The notes beneath the pieces are model-generated. The model saw nothing but the letters and a program-made list of their open reading frames with translations, was not told the origin of the DNA and ran no database searches. Shown here piece after piece: positions 51,813 through 62,363 of a stretch of DNA of 64,000 nucleotides. The position numbers and the translations under genes were made by a program. How positions within the stretch are numbered: position 1 is the stretch's first letter; every line of letters starts with the position of its first letter. The DNA comes from an uncultured Aquiluna sp. (GTDB taxonomy: Bacteria > Actinomycetota > Actinomycetes > Actinomycetales > Microbacteriaceae). The stretch lies in the NCBI GenBank assembly GCA_913775595.1, contig CAJYLB010000001.1, positions 1,129,135 through 1,193,134 of the forward strand, given 5' to 3'.

Positions 51813-53033
51813 TTGAGCCGGCCAGAGTTTCAATTTATAGAACCAGAGCGCCCGAAGCGTAGGCGCTGGTTGCGCTACGTCCTCATGGCAATTGCTGCCA
51901 CCGTCGCAGTTGCAATGGTCACCCTAGGCGGTGGAGTTGTCTACGTTTCATCCCAGCTGAGGGCTGCGGGAATTGAGGTTTTCTCTACTGACGGCGAGAC
52001 CTACGATTTACCAACGCCCGAGGAAATAAACGGTCCAATAAACCTGCTCCTGATTGGTTCCGATACCAGGGAGGGCCAGGGTTCGACCGCATACGGCCCC
52101 GTTGGCGCTGAGCTCGCCGATGTCATCATCCTGCTTCACATCAATGAGGCTCGCACAAATGCCGTTGCGATGAGCTTCCCAAGAGATCTCATGATTGCCG
52201 TTCCTGAGTGCCCAAACCCTGACGGTGGTGAACCATACCCGGCCAAGGAGTTTTCGCAGATAAACGCCACCATGAACTACGGCGGCCCCGCTTGCACCCT
52301 CCTGGCAGTCCAGTCGTTGACCGGCATCGACATCCCCTACCTTGCGATGATCGACTTCAAGGGCGTGATCGCAATGAGTGAGGCAGTTGGCGGAGTGGAT
52401 GTCTGTGTCGCAGAGCCAATCAATGACGATTACACACAGCTTTACCTTGAGGCCGGGGAGCACACCCTCATTGGAGAAGAGGCCCTTGCCTTCCTCCGCA
52501 CCCGCCACGGAGTTGGCGATGGCTCTGACCTCTCTCGCATCTCAAACCAGCAGGTCTTCCTCACCTCACTGGTTAGAAAGCTCAAAGACGAGGGTGCTCT
52601 CACTAACCCCTTCACCATGTTCCGCCTCGGTACAGCAGCGCTGAACAACATGACGCTTTCTAGGTCTCTCACCGACCTAGGCGTGATCTACGGCATGGCA
52701 AGAGAGGTAAACGACGTTGACCTCGACAAGATCACTTTCTTGAAGCTCCCCGTGTATGACTTGGAGGGTGATTTTGCTGGAAGGGTTGGGGTCTCCACCG
52801 AGCGCGCAACTTTACTTTTCGAGAAGCTCGCCAATGATGAGCCATTAGTTCTAGCGGAGGCGAACCTAGGACCCGGTGCTGTGGTCGCGGAGGACAGTGA
52901 GCCGGCGGAACAGGCGACCGATGCTGAGGCCGATCCTGAGGCAGCAGACAATGAGGTGACCAGTGATTCAGAGGAGGTCCTTCCTGAGTGGGTTCAGGGC
53001 ACTAACGCATCCGTCAAGAGCTGCTCAAGCTAG
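51813..53033 (+). CDS. LCP (LytR-CpsA-Psr) family cell-wall ligase
   Basis: LLIGSDTR, SFPRD, RTRHGVGDGSDLSRISNQQ. Confidence 0.92.
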   Translation: MSRPEFQFIEPERPKRRRWLRYVLMAIAATVAVAMVTLGGGVVYVSSQLRAAGIEVFSTDGETYDLPTPEEINGPINLLLIGSDTREGQGSTAYGPVGAELADVIILLHINEARTNAVAMSFPRDLMIAVPECPNPDGGEPYPAKEFSQINATMNYGGPACTLLAVQSLTGIDIPYLAMIDFKGVIAMSEAVGGVDVCVAEPINDDYTQLYLEAGEHTLIGEEALAFLRTRHGVGDGSDLSRISNQQVFLTSLVRKLKDEGALTNPFTMFRLGTAALNNMTLSRSLTDLGVIYGMAREVNDVDLDKITFLKLPVYDLEGDFAGRVGVSTERATLLFEKLANDEPLVLAEANLGPGAVVAEDSEPAEQATDAEADPEAADNEVTSDSEEVLPEWVQGTNASVKSCSS

Positions 53034-53075
53034 TTTCTCAACCACACCTGTTTTCTTATAGGCTTTCAGGGCACT

Positions 53076-53169
<94 letters not shown>

Positions 53170-53260
53170 AGATTCTCTCCCGGTAAGCCGAGCTCTTTGA
53201 CCTCTGGTTTGGGGGGTTATCTTCACCGCCCGAGTCCGTTAGACTCGGCTGTTGCACCAA

Positions 53261-53333
53261 GCGCCTGTAGCTCAATGGATAGAGCATCTGACTACGGATC
53301 AGAAGGTTGGGGGTTCGAGTCCCTCCAGGCGTG
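53261..53333 (+). tRNA. tRNA-Arg(ACG)
   Basis: GCGCCTGTAGCTCAATGGATAGAGC, TCTGA-CTACGGA-TCAGA, GTTCGAGTC; CCA not encoded. Confidence 0.96.
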
Positions 53334-53335
53334 CT

Positions 53336-53379
53336 GAGACCCATCAAGAATTTCACGACTTGGTGGGTTTCTTCTTTTT
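53336..53379 (+). terminator. Intrinsic terminator after tRNA-Arg
   Basis: GAGACCCATCAAG / CTTGGTGGGTTTC stem followed by TTCTTTTT. Confidence 0.7.
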
Positions 53380-53439
53380 GCTCGGGCTCACTCTCGTCTG
53401 CGAGGATTGACCCGACAATTGAAGTAGGAGGGTGCACAC

Positions 53440-54396
53440 TTGGCAGCAGATGAGGCCATCGAGCTGGCTTTGCAGTTTGAGTCGGGCCAGAATACCTTGG
53501 CCGGTTCTTTGACCACTCCGGCAGTGGGTGGCCCCCTGCCAGCTGTCCTGATGCTTCCGGGATCTGGCCAGACCGATCGAGACAGCAACGCAAAGCAACT
53601 CAAAATAAACCTTTTTCGCCCAATTGTGGAGGCTCTAGCCAACGAAGGGGTTGCATCGTTCCGTTATGACAAGCGGGGAGTCGGATCAAGCGGCGGAAGC
53701 TTCTGGACAACTGGGTTTAACGATCTCTATGAAGACGCTGAGGCGGCTATTGGTTTTCTTGCTAGCAGACCTGAAATAGACCCCAAGCGAATCTATTGCC
53801 TCGGTCACAGTGAGGGTGCAATTCTCTCGCTCATGCTCGCAGCGAGGAGTGGAAAGGTTGCGGGTGCTGTCTTGTTAGCCGGGGCAGCGAAAACAGGGGA
53901 GGAAACAATCCTCTGGCAAACCAGGAAGATAGCCGCTTCCCTGACAGGCCTTAATAGGCTCATTTTGAAACTGTTTCGAATCGATGTCGTCGCTGGAGTT
54001 TCAAAGAACCTCGCAAGAATTAGGTCGACTCAAAGAGATGCGCTTCGAATTCAGGGTCGAATGGTTAACGCCAAATGGATGAGGGAGTTTTTGGATCATG
54101 ACCCCAAGATGGACCTTGAAGAACTTAGAGTCCCCACGCTCGCATTGACCGGTTCGAGCGACGTGCAGGTAGATCCTGAGGACATCGAAGAAATGGTGAG
54201 GCTAGCCCCTGAGCACTTGGTTGGCAGGGTGCTTGATGGCTTGTCACATTTGCTTCGTCCAGATTTGAGCGGATCTGGCTTGAAGGGTTATCGAAAGCAA
54301 GCCAAGCAGCCCGTGGACACGCAAATGTTGGAGATCGTGTCAAATTGGCTCTCCGAGCAGGCCCGGACCAAAAATCAGGTGAAAAAGGAAAGATAG
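53440..54396 (+). CDS. Alpha/beta hydrolase (S9/S33-like)
   Basis: GSGQTDRD, RYDKRGVG, GHSEG, DVQV, H; SD AGGAGG. Confidence 0.85.
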   Translation: MAADEAIELALQFESGQNTLAGSLTTPAVGGPLPAVLMLPGSGQTDRDSNAKQLKINLFRPIVEALANEGVASFRYDKRGVGSSGGSFWTTGFNDLYEDAEAAIGFLASRPEIDPKRIYCLGHSEGAILSLMLAARSGKVAGAVLLAGAAKTGEETILWQTRKIAASLTGLNRLILKLFRIDVVAGVSKNLARIRSTQRDALRIQGRMVNAKWMREFLDHDPKMDLEELRVPTLALTGSSDVQVDPEDIEEMVRLAPEHLVGRVLDGLSHLLRPDLSGSGLKGYRKQAKQPVDTQMLEIVSNWLSEQARTKNQVKKER

Positions 54397-54497
54397 GACT
54401 GCCCCTGCCGTAGGGTCTCGGCCAGCGAACAACAGGGCGAATAAGCGGTAGCCTTAGAGCGCCTTATGTTGAACCCCAATCTGGAGATAAGCAAACT

Positions 54498-56717
54498 TTG
54501 AGCACCCCAACTGTTATTTACACCTTCACCGATGAGGCCCCAGCACTAGCCACGGCCTCCTTCCTACCTATTGTTCAGGCCTACGCATCGGCAGTTGGGG
54601 TGAATGTTGAGACTCGTGATATCTCGCTCGCAGGTCGCATCCTGGCCGTGTTCTCTGACCAGCTAAAGCCAGAGCAGCAGATCAGCGATGCTCTTGGTGA
54701 GCTTGGGGCAATGGCCAAGACTCCAGAAGCCAACATCATCAAGCTTCCAAACATCTCGGCTTCTATCCCTCAGCTCAAAGCCGCAATAGCCGAGCTCCAG
54801 GAGCTCGGGTTTGACATCCCGAACTATCCAGACGAGCCCAATACCGATGCAGAGCGAGAGGCCAAGGCTCGCTACGACAAAGTGAAGGGCAGTGCCGTAA
54901 ACCCGGTTCTGCGAGAGGGAAACAGCGACCGCAGGGCTCCGGCATCGGTCAAGGCCTACGCTCGCAAGCACCCACACCTCAACAAACCATTTACCTCCGG
55001 TTCTAAGACTCGGGTTGCAACCATGGGCCACGATGACTTTTTCTCGAATGAGAAGTCAACGGTGTTGGCTAGCGAAGATGTTCTGAGCATTGTTCATCTA
55101 GCGGGGGACGGCACAAGGACCGAGCTCAAAGCTGGCTTGAAAGTCTCAGCAGGCGAGATTGTCGATGCGACTTATATGAGCGCGAAGGCATTGGATGAGT
55201 TCTTGGCAGGGACGCTTGAGGAGGCGAAGAAGGACGATGTTCTTTACTCCCTTCACCTAAAGGCCACCATGATGAAGGTCAGCGACCCAATCCTTTTTGG
55301 CCACGTGGTCAAGACATTTTTTGCTGAAGTATTTGAGAGGCACGGGGCTGCCCTGGATGCGGCCGGCCTAAAAGCTAATGACGGACTGGGGACGATACTT
55401 GCTGGTCTGGAAAACGTTCCCGGCGGAGATCAGATTATTACTGATTTCAATGAGGCTCTAGGTGCTGGACCAAGGCTTAGCTATGTAAACAGCGACAAGG
55501 GCATTACCAACCTTCACGTTCCCTCGGATGTAATTGTCGATGCTTCGATGCCAGCTCTGATTCGCAACGGCGGAAAGCTCTGGGGAGTTGATGGCGGTGA
55601 GGACGAGACCCTGGCAGTGATCCCAGACTCCTCATACGCAGGCGTGTACCAGGCCACTATCGAAGACGTAATTGCCAACGGTCCACTTGACCCAGCGACA
55701 ATCGGCTCGGTTCCGAATGTGGGGCTAATGGCGCAGGCCGCCGAGGAGTATGGCAGCCACGACAAGACTTTCGAAATTGCCGCCGACGGCCAGGTTCAGC
55801 TGCTGAACCAGGCAGGCGAGGTTTTGATCTCGCACGATGTAAGTGCCGGCGACATATGGCGAGCTACTCAGACCAAAGATGTTGCAATCCGCGACTGGGT
55901 CAAGCTGGCTGTCACCCGAGCCCGTGCCACGGGAGCGCCTGCAGTTTTCTGGCTCGACGAGACCAGGGCGCACGATTCCAAGGTGATTGCCAAGGTGCAT
56001 GAGTACCTCAAGGACCATGACACCAGTGGTTTGGTGATCGAGATCATGGCTCCCGCCGCCGCAACCAAATACTCGCTCAAGCGCCTTCGCCGTGGTGAAG
56101 ACACAATCTCTGTGACCGGCAACGTATTGCGTGATTATTTGACCGACCTGTTCCCAATTTTGGAGGTCGGCACCAGCGCCAAGATGCTCTCGATCGTGCC
56201 GCTGCTCAATGGCGGTGGCCTATTTGAGACTGGAGCTGGAGGGTCAGCTCCCAAGCACGTCCAGCAGCTTCTCGAGGAGAACTACCTGCGTTGGGATTCT
56301 TTGGGTGAATTCTTCGCTCTCGCCGCATCTTTCGAGCACCTTTCCGTGACCACCGGCAATGCCTCCGCAAAGGTATTGGCGGACGCGCTAGACCGTGCAA
56401 CCGGAACCTTCCTGGAGCAGGATCGCTCGCCGGGTCGAAAGATTGGAACTATCGATAATCGCGGTAGCCACTTCTACCTCGGCCTCTACTGGGCTCAAGA
56501 ACTTGCAAACCAAACCGAGGATGCCGACCTGGCAGCAAGGTTCACTGCTATTGCTCAGGACCTGACTAGCAATGAAGACCAGATTGTTGCAGAGCTCAAT
56601 GCGGTTCAGGGGAACAAGGTTGAAATCGGTGGTTACTACCGAGCGAATCCTGACCTGGTTGAAAAGGTAATGCGCCCATCTGAGACTCTCAACCGAATCA
56701 TCGACGCGGTTCGTTAG
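54498..56717 (+). CDS. icd: Monomeric NADP-dependent isocitrate dehydrogenase
   Basis: [34 protein letters not shown]; 739 aa. Confidence 0.97.
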   Translation: MSTPTVIYTFTDEAPALATASFLPIVQAYASAVGVNVETRDISLAGRILAVFSDQLKPEQQISDALGELGAMAKTPEANIIKLPNISASIPQLKAAIAELQELGFDIPNYPDEPNTDAEREAKARYDKVKGSAVNPVLREGNSDRRAPASVKAYARKHPHLNKPFTSGSKTRVATMGHDDFFSNEKSTVLASEDVLSIVHLAGDGTRTELKAGLKVSAGEIVDATYMSAKALDEFLAGTLEEAKKDDVLYSLHLKATMMKVSDPILFGHVVKTFFAEVFERHGAALDAAGLKANDGLGTILAGLENVPGGDQIITDFNEALGAGPRLSYVNSDKGITNLHVPSDVIVDASMPALIRNGGKLWGVDGGEDETLAVIPDSSYAGVYQATIEDVIANGPLDPATIGSVPNVGLMAQAAEEYGSHDKTFEIAADGQVQLLNQAGEVLISHDVSAGDIWRATQTKDVAIRDWVKLAVTRARATGAPAVFWLDETRAHDSKVIAKVHEYLKDHDTSGLVIEIMAPAAATKYSLKRLRRGEDTISVTGNVLRDYLTDLFPILEVGTSAKMLSIVPLLNGGGLFETGAGGSAPKHVQQLLEENYLRWDSLGEFFALAASFEHLSVTTGNASAKVLADALDRATGTFLEQDRSPGRKIGTIDNRGSHFYLGLYWAQELANQTEDADLAARFTAIAQDLTSNEDQIVAELNAVQGNKVEIGGYYRANPDLVEKVMRPSETLNRIIDAVR

Positions 56718-57898
56718 CGCAGCTCTTTACCTAGGTAGGCGGAGAGCAGCAGCGCTGCGGCCGGATACATAAGTGCCACCGGCAGACTAGTCAGCTCGGA
56801 AATGAATCCGGTGATAGTCGGCCCAATGAAATAGCCGGCAATAGAAATCACTCCGATGCGAGCGATTCCAAGAGAGGGCGGGACGCCCTCGATTCTGGTG
56901 CTGGCATCGATGAATGCGGGGAACATCGGCCCGATTGCGAGGCCCGCCATGAAGAAGCCGGCGTTAACCAGGATCATGGCAAACAGGGGTTCTGTTTCGT
57001 GCATCATGACGCCACCCCATATGCCTGCCGCCCAAAAAACTGCACCCAGCGAGCCAACTATCCGCACCGTGAAATAAGGGGTGTATTTCACCATGAACCA
57101 ATCGCCAAAGAACCTCGAGAAGATCATTGCTAAAGAGAAGGAGATGAAAACCGTCGCCGTTGGCCCGAAGGGCACGTCCATGTGCTCGTGCAAGAGAATG
57201 CCACCCCAGTCCATCGAGGCACCCTCTGCCACGAAGCTCCCCAGAGAGCCAATTGCGAAGGCCCAGAGCATGACGTATTTCCCACCAAACCATGGCATCT
57301 TCGAGCTAGTGCCCTCAGCTCCTTTGTGTTCATCAAACTCACCCGGCAGCATCTGCTCGGTCAGCGGAACAAAGATTACGAGTGCGGCAATGCCCAGCAC
57401 GATGAGATTCTCACTCGGAGTCAGCACACCCACGACAGCTCCGCCAAAGAGCGCCGTGAAGAAAGTTCCGATGGACCAAGCACCGTGCATAGACGCCAGG
57501 AACTTTTTCTTGAGCACCTTCTCGGCGATGACTGTCTGGGAGTTGGCGGCAATGTCCATCGCCGCATAACCGAGCCCCATCACGAACAGCCCTGCCATCA
57601 CCCCGGGGACCGTCATGGTTACACCCATGGTTATCACGCCTAGTGGCATAACTACCTGAGAGACGCGAAGGGTGTTTTTGGACCCAAATCTGTGGACCAA
57701 CCTGCCCGAGTACTGAGCACCTAAAACTGCGCCAACGCTGCTTGCAGCGAGCATCAATCCGAACTGGGCGTCGTTTAGCCCAAGCTCGCTTTTGATTTCA
57801 GGAATCCTTGGAATCCATGCCATTGAGCTAACGCCCATAACCAGAAACATCAGCCCCAACGACCAGCGAGCACGAGCAGCCGAAACGTCTATTTGCAT
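56714..57898 (-). CDS. MFS transporter (YbjJ-like)
   Basis: [24 protein letters not shown]. Confidence 0.85.
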   Translation of the reverse strand: MQIDVSAARARWSLGLMFLVMGVSSMAWIPRIPEIKSELGLNDAQFGLMLAASSVGAVLGAQYSGRLVHRFGSKNTLRVSQVVMPLGVITMGVTMTVPGVMAGLFVMGLGYAAMDIAANSQTVIAEKVLKKKFLASMHGAWSIGTFFTALFGGAVVGVLTPSENLIVLGIAALVIFVPLTEQMLPGEFDEHKGAEGTSSKMPWFGGKYVMLWAFAIGSLGSFVAEGASMDWGGILLHEHMDVPFGPTATVFISFSLAMIFSRFFGDWFMVKYTPYFTVRIVGSLGAVFWAAGIWGGVMMHETEPLFAMILVNAGFFMAGLAIGPMFPAFIDASTRIEGVPPSLGIARIGVISIAGYFIGPTITGFISELTSLPVALMYPAAALLLSAYLGKELR

Positions 57899-57980
57899 GG
57901 AACCCTTTCTTCGGCAATCTTAGGTTCAACCCTTACCTTGCAACGGGCTATGCAAGAGCTTGAACTAGGCTTTTTTGGAA

Positions 57981-58532
57981 ATGAAAAAGCTCATCGCCCT
58001 CGCATCCCTCTTGCCGCTTCTTGTCGGCTGCGCTCAGGCCGAAAGTCTTCCGGAGGCGCAGGAGCTCCCCGCGGTAAAGAACTTCATCGCCTCTGCAGCG
58101 CCCGAGGCCACAAGTGAGGTCGTTACCTTCGCGGATGTAGTCAAAGACAGCTACGAGCTTTTTCTCGAAAACGGGATGACCGAGGAGGTCACCTCTGGTG
58201 GGGATCGCTACATCCTGACCTATGAGCCGGGCGAAGAATTTGTTGCTGCTTTATACAACTTTGATTTCGATGATGTTGTGGGAGTTGAGCAGAAAGAGCT
58301 GTTTACCGTTTACTCGGCATGGGTGATGCTCTCTGAGCAGGCAACTGTGATCGAACAGACGGATCAGGGCTACTCGCTCTCTCACCCCGATTATGGAAGC
58401 TTTGTAGTTTTTGTTGAAGACAATCTGATTGTTGGGGGAGAGGGAATAGATGCCGGGTGGACAGGTGTTTTTCGGTATGAGCCCGACCCCGACATACTTG
58501 CACTATTAGACTCAGAGCCGGGGGATGGTTAG
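57981..58532 (+). CDS. Hypothetical lipoprotein
   Basis: MKK + hydrophobic stretch + LVGC lipobox; acidic mature part. Confidence 0.7.
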   Translation: MKKLIALASLLPLLVGCAQAESLPEAQELPAVKNFIASAAPEATSEVVTFADVVKDSYELFLENGMTEEVTSGGDRYILTYEPGEEFVAALYNFDFDDVVGVEQKELFTVYSAWVMLSEQATVIEQTDQGYSLSHPDYGSFVVFVEDNLIVGGEGIDAGWTGVFRYEPDPDILALLDSEPGDG

Positions 58533-58610
58533 GCCAACTCGACCCTAGGAGAAGCGGGCATTAAGCGATTTTTCGGTAGCTCACGTTCGGATAACCGAAC
58601 TGGCGCGGCT

Positions 58611-58850
58611 TTGCCCGAAGTCAATTTCGACTCCCCAGACGAGAAGGAGTTCGAAAGCCAGGTGAAGAACTGGCGCGGCAAGCTCTCATCGGAGGTGGAG
58701 AGCTCTTTCAACCCTGAGGCTTCGAAGTATTTCTCATCGACTGCACTTTCTGAGAGTCGCAAGGCTCGCCTCGAGCGCAAGAGGCTGGAGCGCGAGAGCA
58801 AGGCGAACGAAAAGGCCAAGGCAAAGCCAAGAGCTAGTAAAAAGAAGTAG
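58611..58850 (+). CDS. Small basic hypothetical protein (start uncertain)
   Basis: Only co-directional ORF filling the gap; frame stays open back to 58533. Confidence 0.5.
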   Translation: MPEVNFDSPDEKEFESQVKNWRGKLSSEVESSFNPEASKYFSSTALSESRKARLERKRLERESKANEKAKAKPRASKKK

Positions 58851-58871
58851 TTTGGGCTAGCCTTTTCTCCC

Positions 58872-59999
58872 ATGAGCGAGCCAACGAAAAAGGTATTCGG
58901 CACGGCCGTTGGCGGTTATAACCGCAACGAGGTCGACCAGTACATCGCATGGCTACAAAAGAACCTCACAGATCTCGAGAGCTATAACTCGCTTGCTGTT
59001 CGTGAGCAGCAGACTCTTCGTGAGCGCCTAGTCGAGGTTGAGGAGCAGCTCAAGGCTGCGAAGTCCCCCGGCTACGCTCAGCTCGGTGCAAAGTTCGAGG
59101 AGACCCTGAGGCTTGCCGAGAGCGAGGCGGCAAAGCTCATCAACGATGCCGGTAAGGAAGCACTCAAGGCTCGGGAGACTGCCAAGGCCGAGGCCGAGCG
59201 GATTCGCTTCGAGGCTGAGGATGAGGTCGCAAAGCTGCAGGCCAAGGCACAGCGCGAGACCAAGGCACTTCTCTCCCAGGCAAAAGCCGACGCCAACCAG
59301 ATCAAAGAAGAGGCTGAAGACGAGCTTCAGCGGGTCCAGGCCGAGCGCGCTCAGCTTGATAAAGAGGCAGCGGTCGTTCGCTCTGATGCCGATAACTACG
59401 CGGCAAAGGTCAAGGCCGAGCTCCAGGTTGAGGTTGAGAAGATTCAGACCGAGAACGCTCGCCTCCTAAAGCGCAACGCCGAGATTGAATCTGAGATCAG
59501 AGAAAAGATTGATCAGGGAGAGAAGCAGGCGCTGGAGATTTTCCGCAGGGTTCAAAAAGAGGCCGAGGAGATGCGCGATGAGGCAGAGCGTGAGCTGAAG
59601 GCGGCAACCGCAGAGGCAAGCTCGCTAATTGAAAATGCAGAGCAGACTCTTGAGAACGCTCGAACCGAGGCAGACCGCCTAGCCGCAGAGTCTGAGTCGA
59701 TGGCCCTAAATATCATCGCTGATGCCAGGTCAAGAGCCGAGAAGCTCTCGATGCGCTCTCTCGAGATAACCCAGGCAGCCATTCAAGACGCTGAGGCAAG
59801 ACTAAGCAGGCTGCCTTCCCAGCAAAACGCGATTGAAGAATTCATTGCAGAGACAAAGTCTTTGCTAACTCCTGAGCAGGAAATGGCAATCAGCCGACGC
59901 AAGACCATTGAGGAATCTCGCAAGCCAATCGAACCTGAGGTTGTAGCCGAAGAGGCCGAAGAAGTTGTTGTCGAGACCGAGCCTGACGAGAAGTCCTAA
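58872..59999 (+). CDS. DivIVA-domain long coiled-coil protein
   Basis: N-terminal F....GGYNRNEVDQYI, then LG..FEETLRLAE..A and a long A/E/K-rich heptad region. Confidence 0.75.
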   Translation: MSEPTKKVFGTAVGGYNRNEVDQYIAWLQKNLTDLESYNSLAVREQQTLRERLVEVEEQLKAAKSPGYAQLGAKFEETLRLAESEAAKLINDAGKEALKARETAKAEAERIRFEAEDEVAKLQAKAQRETKALLSQAKADANQIKEEAEDELQRVQAERAQLDKEAAVVRSDADNYAAKVKAELQVEVEKIQTENARLLKRNAEIESEIREKIDQGEKQALEIFRRVQKEAEEMRDEAERELKAATAEASSLIENAEQTLENARTEADRLAAESESMALNIIADARSRAEKLSMRSLEITQAAIQDAEARLSRLPSQQNAIEEFIAETKSLLTPEQEMAISRRKTIEESRKPIEPEVVAEEAEEVVVETEPDEKS

Positions 60000-61387
60000 A
60001 GCAGCTTCGCAATCGAATTCATCGCGCCACCCATAACCGCGGGTATTCCTCCGCCTGGGTGAACAGATGCTCCGACCCGGTGAAGCCAAGGTCTGGCAAT
60101 GCTTCTGTAACCCGGTTTATGAAATGGCCCCGACTGCCAAAGTGGATTCTTTGCACCATACAGTGCACCTCCCAGAGCGCCGAAGCCCTCAAAGTAACTT
60201 GCATTGAGAATTCGGTAGTCCTCAAATTGCTGATCTATGGGGGAATCCAGCCCAATCAGATTTGAAACCCGGTCGAGCTCAGAGCGAACCCACGGAGTCT
60301 CAAGGTCGTAGTCAGCGCTGTCGGCTGGTGCAGTTAGGAGCACGGCTACCGTTGCTTTGCTGTTTGAGTAAATGTGTCCCGGTTTGTAATAGTTCACAAA
60401 ACTCATAGTTTGGTTTGGAGCCTGGTTTGTCTTGAGAGCCCCATAGAGCTCAGCTGGCTCATCTGGCATTACAACCGAGTGAGTGACTGTGTCTGCGGGA
60501 AGTGGCTCTTTCAGCGCGGCATAGATCGCAACTCCGGAGCAGGACCTATTTGGTGCAATCTTGGCCGGCTTGCCACTCAGTAGAGAGTCTGTAAGCGACG
60601 CATCGAGAGAGGAAACCACTAGGTCGGCTGGGAAAGTCTGATCCTCGGTGATCACCTTGCTCTGCGAAATAATCTTCACTCTTTGGCCAGTGAGGATCTT
60701 TGCCCCAGAGGATGCAGCAAGATTCGCGAGCATTTTCGGCACCTCGTTCATGCCACCGAGGGGAACAGAGATTCCTTGCTCGCTCATGATCGCAGTCATT
60801 GATGCGTAGATGGGTAGGGTCTGATCGGGTGACACCCCAGCGTTCAGGGTGTGAATGGCTATGAGGTCTCTTAGGCCCTCGGGCATCCACTTCAGTGAAT
60901 CCAGGTAGTTGTTAGTAGATAACTTTGTGCCGTAGACGCCGAGTAGTTTGCCAAGTGCCGGCAGGGACTTTGGATCCATTGGAGCTGAAGTGAGAAGGGT
61001 TGTTATCGGACCAGCGAGATCTTTGTGCTCGTTGACGAATCTTTGCCAGGGCTCGTGCCACGGGTGATCTTGCGGGATAGGAATGTCTATCTCGTCTCCT
61101 CGGAAGAAGTATCTCCCAACCTCCGGAAGCTGGACGAATCTCAGCTCGGTCGGAACCACGCCGCCTAGTGTTTTGTACTTTGCAAGAAACGTTTCCCAGA
61201 CTCCCGGGAATGTGAATAGAGAAGGTCCAGTGTCAATTGTCTGGCCCGCCACCTCAATGCGACGACTCTTGCCACCTATCCAGTCGCCTTGCTCTAGCAC
61301 CGTGACCTTGTGTCCAGCTTGGGCGAGGAGAGCAGCCGAGGTTAGACCCCCCAGCCCCGCACCGATGACGACTATCTGCCTGGGCAT
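59996..61387 (-). CDS. CrtI/CrtD-family carotenoid desaturase
   Basis: GAGLGG Rossmann motif, DTGPS, C-terminal VGASVHPGGGIP. Confidence 0.82.
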   Translation of the reverse strand: MPRQIVVIGAGLGGLTSAALLAQAGHKVTVLEQGDWIGGKSRRIEVAGQTIDTGPSLFTFPGVWETFLAKYKTLGGVVPTELRFVQLPEVGRYFFRGDEIDIPIPQDHPWHEPWQRFVNEHKDLAGPITTLLTSAPMDPKSLPALGKLLGVYGTKLSTNNYLDSLKWMPEGLRDLIAIHTLNAGVSPDQTLPIYASMTAIMSEQGISVPLGGMNEVPKMLANLAASSGAKILTGQRVKIISQSKVITEDQTFPADLVVSSLDASLTDSLLSGKPAKIAPNRSCSGVAIYAALKEPLPADTVTHSVVMPDEPAELYGALKTNQAPNQTMSFVNYYKPGHIYSNSKATVAVLLTAPADSADYDLETPWVRSELDRVSNLIGLDSPIDQQFEDYRILNASYFEGFGALGGALYGAKNPLWQSGPFHKPGYRSIARPWLHRVGASVHPGGGIPAVMGGAMNSIAKLL

Positions 61388-62230
61388 TTATGGATACATC
61401 CCGAAGGTTATTCCGACCACCAGCTGCACTCCCGCAACCGCTCCGGCAGCGTAAGGGAAGGCTATGGAGTACTTGTATACGTCATGCGCTTTCTTTGGAG
61501 TCGGGTCTTTCCAGACCGAGAGCACCAAGTAGCCGGCGATGAGGGCGTTAGCAATCGCCAGTGGGAGATTCACCAGGAAGAAAAAGACAGTTGAAACTAT
61601 CCACCAAACCCCTGACCAAACTAGGGTGCCCCTGACGCCAAGGTGCACGGCTGTTGTTGTGATGCCGGTGTCACTGTCCTGAGGAATGTCTTGAATGGCG
61701 TCATAGGCGTGCTTGGCAATTGACCAGGCCATCAGGCCAATGACTGCAAGCCAGAGCGGTTCGTGCCCGAGAGCAAGTGGGACAAAGGCCAGTGGGAAGG
61801 CGTAGTCGGTGTTGGAAAAGCTGTCTAGATACGGCCTTGCCTTAAATCTCAGCGGAGGCGCCGAGTAAAAGGTGAAGAAGAGGCTGTAGGCGATCATCCA
61901 GGCAACTGCCTGCCAGGGCAGAGTCATGGCGAAGTAGATCAGGAAGGGGACGTTCGTGGCTATGACGCCTACCCAAATTGGTCTCACCTCGTGGGGATAG
62001 ATGTGAGCGCCCTCGTAGGAGCCCTTTCGGGCATTGATGTTGTCGGTTTCCTGGTCAAAGATGTCGTTGATGCCATAGATCAATAGATTGAACGGGAAGG
62101 TAACCCAGATCAGGATCGGCAGGATGTCCCAAGTCCAAAGGTAGCCTGCTAGCCACATGCCCATGACGGTTGTACCTATGGTGTTGACCCAAAGAACGGG
62201 CCTCGAGATTTGAATTAGTCGCCAGAGCAC
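61388..62230 (-). CDS. UbiA-family prenyltransferase, lycopene elongase (CrtEb/LyeJ)-like
   Basis: ISRPVLWVNT, PFNLLIYGINDIFDQETD, YSAPPLRFK..P.LDS, HAYDAIQDI. Confidence 0.8.
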   Translation of the reverse strand: MLWRLIQISRPVLWVNTIGTTVMGMWLAGYLWTWDILPILIWVTFPFNLLIYGINDIFDQETDNINARKGSYEGAHIYPHEVRPIWVGVIATNVPFLIYFAMTLPWQAVAWMIAYSLFFTFYSAPPLRFKARPYLDSFSNTDYAFPLAFVPLALGHEPLWLAVIGLMAWSIAKHAYDAIQDIPQDSDTGITTTAVHLGVRGTLVWSGVWWIVSTVFFFLVNLPLAIANALIAGYLVLSVWKDPTPKKAHDVYKYSIAFPYAAGAVAGVQLVVGITFGMYP

Positions 62231-62363
62231 CCGTTCAGCCTACGGCCTCTCGGCAAAATGAACGTCTTGCACAAACGTGCACTTGCGGACCCTTATTTTC
62301 ACCCCTGTGAATTGCCATAATTGGCCAAGCTGCACAATTGTCAGCAAATTTGTGAAGGAAATA

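Noticed and set aside
58529..58903. Minus-strand 124-aa ORF with a hydrophobic stretch
   Set aside because: Antisense mirror of the Lys/Arg/Glu-rich plus-strand ORF, and it overlaps the DivIVA-like start.
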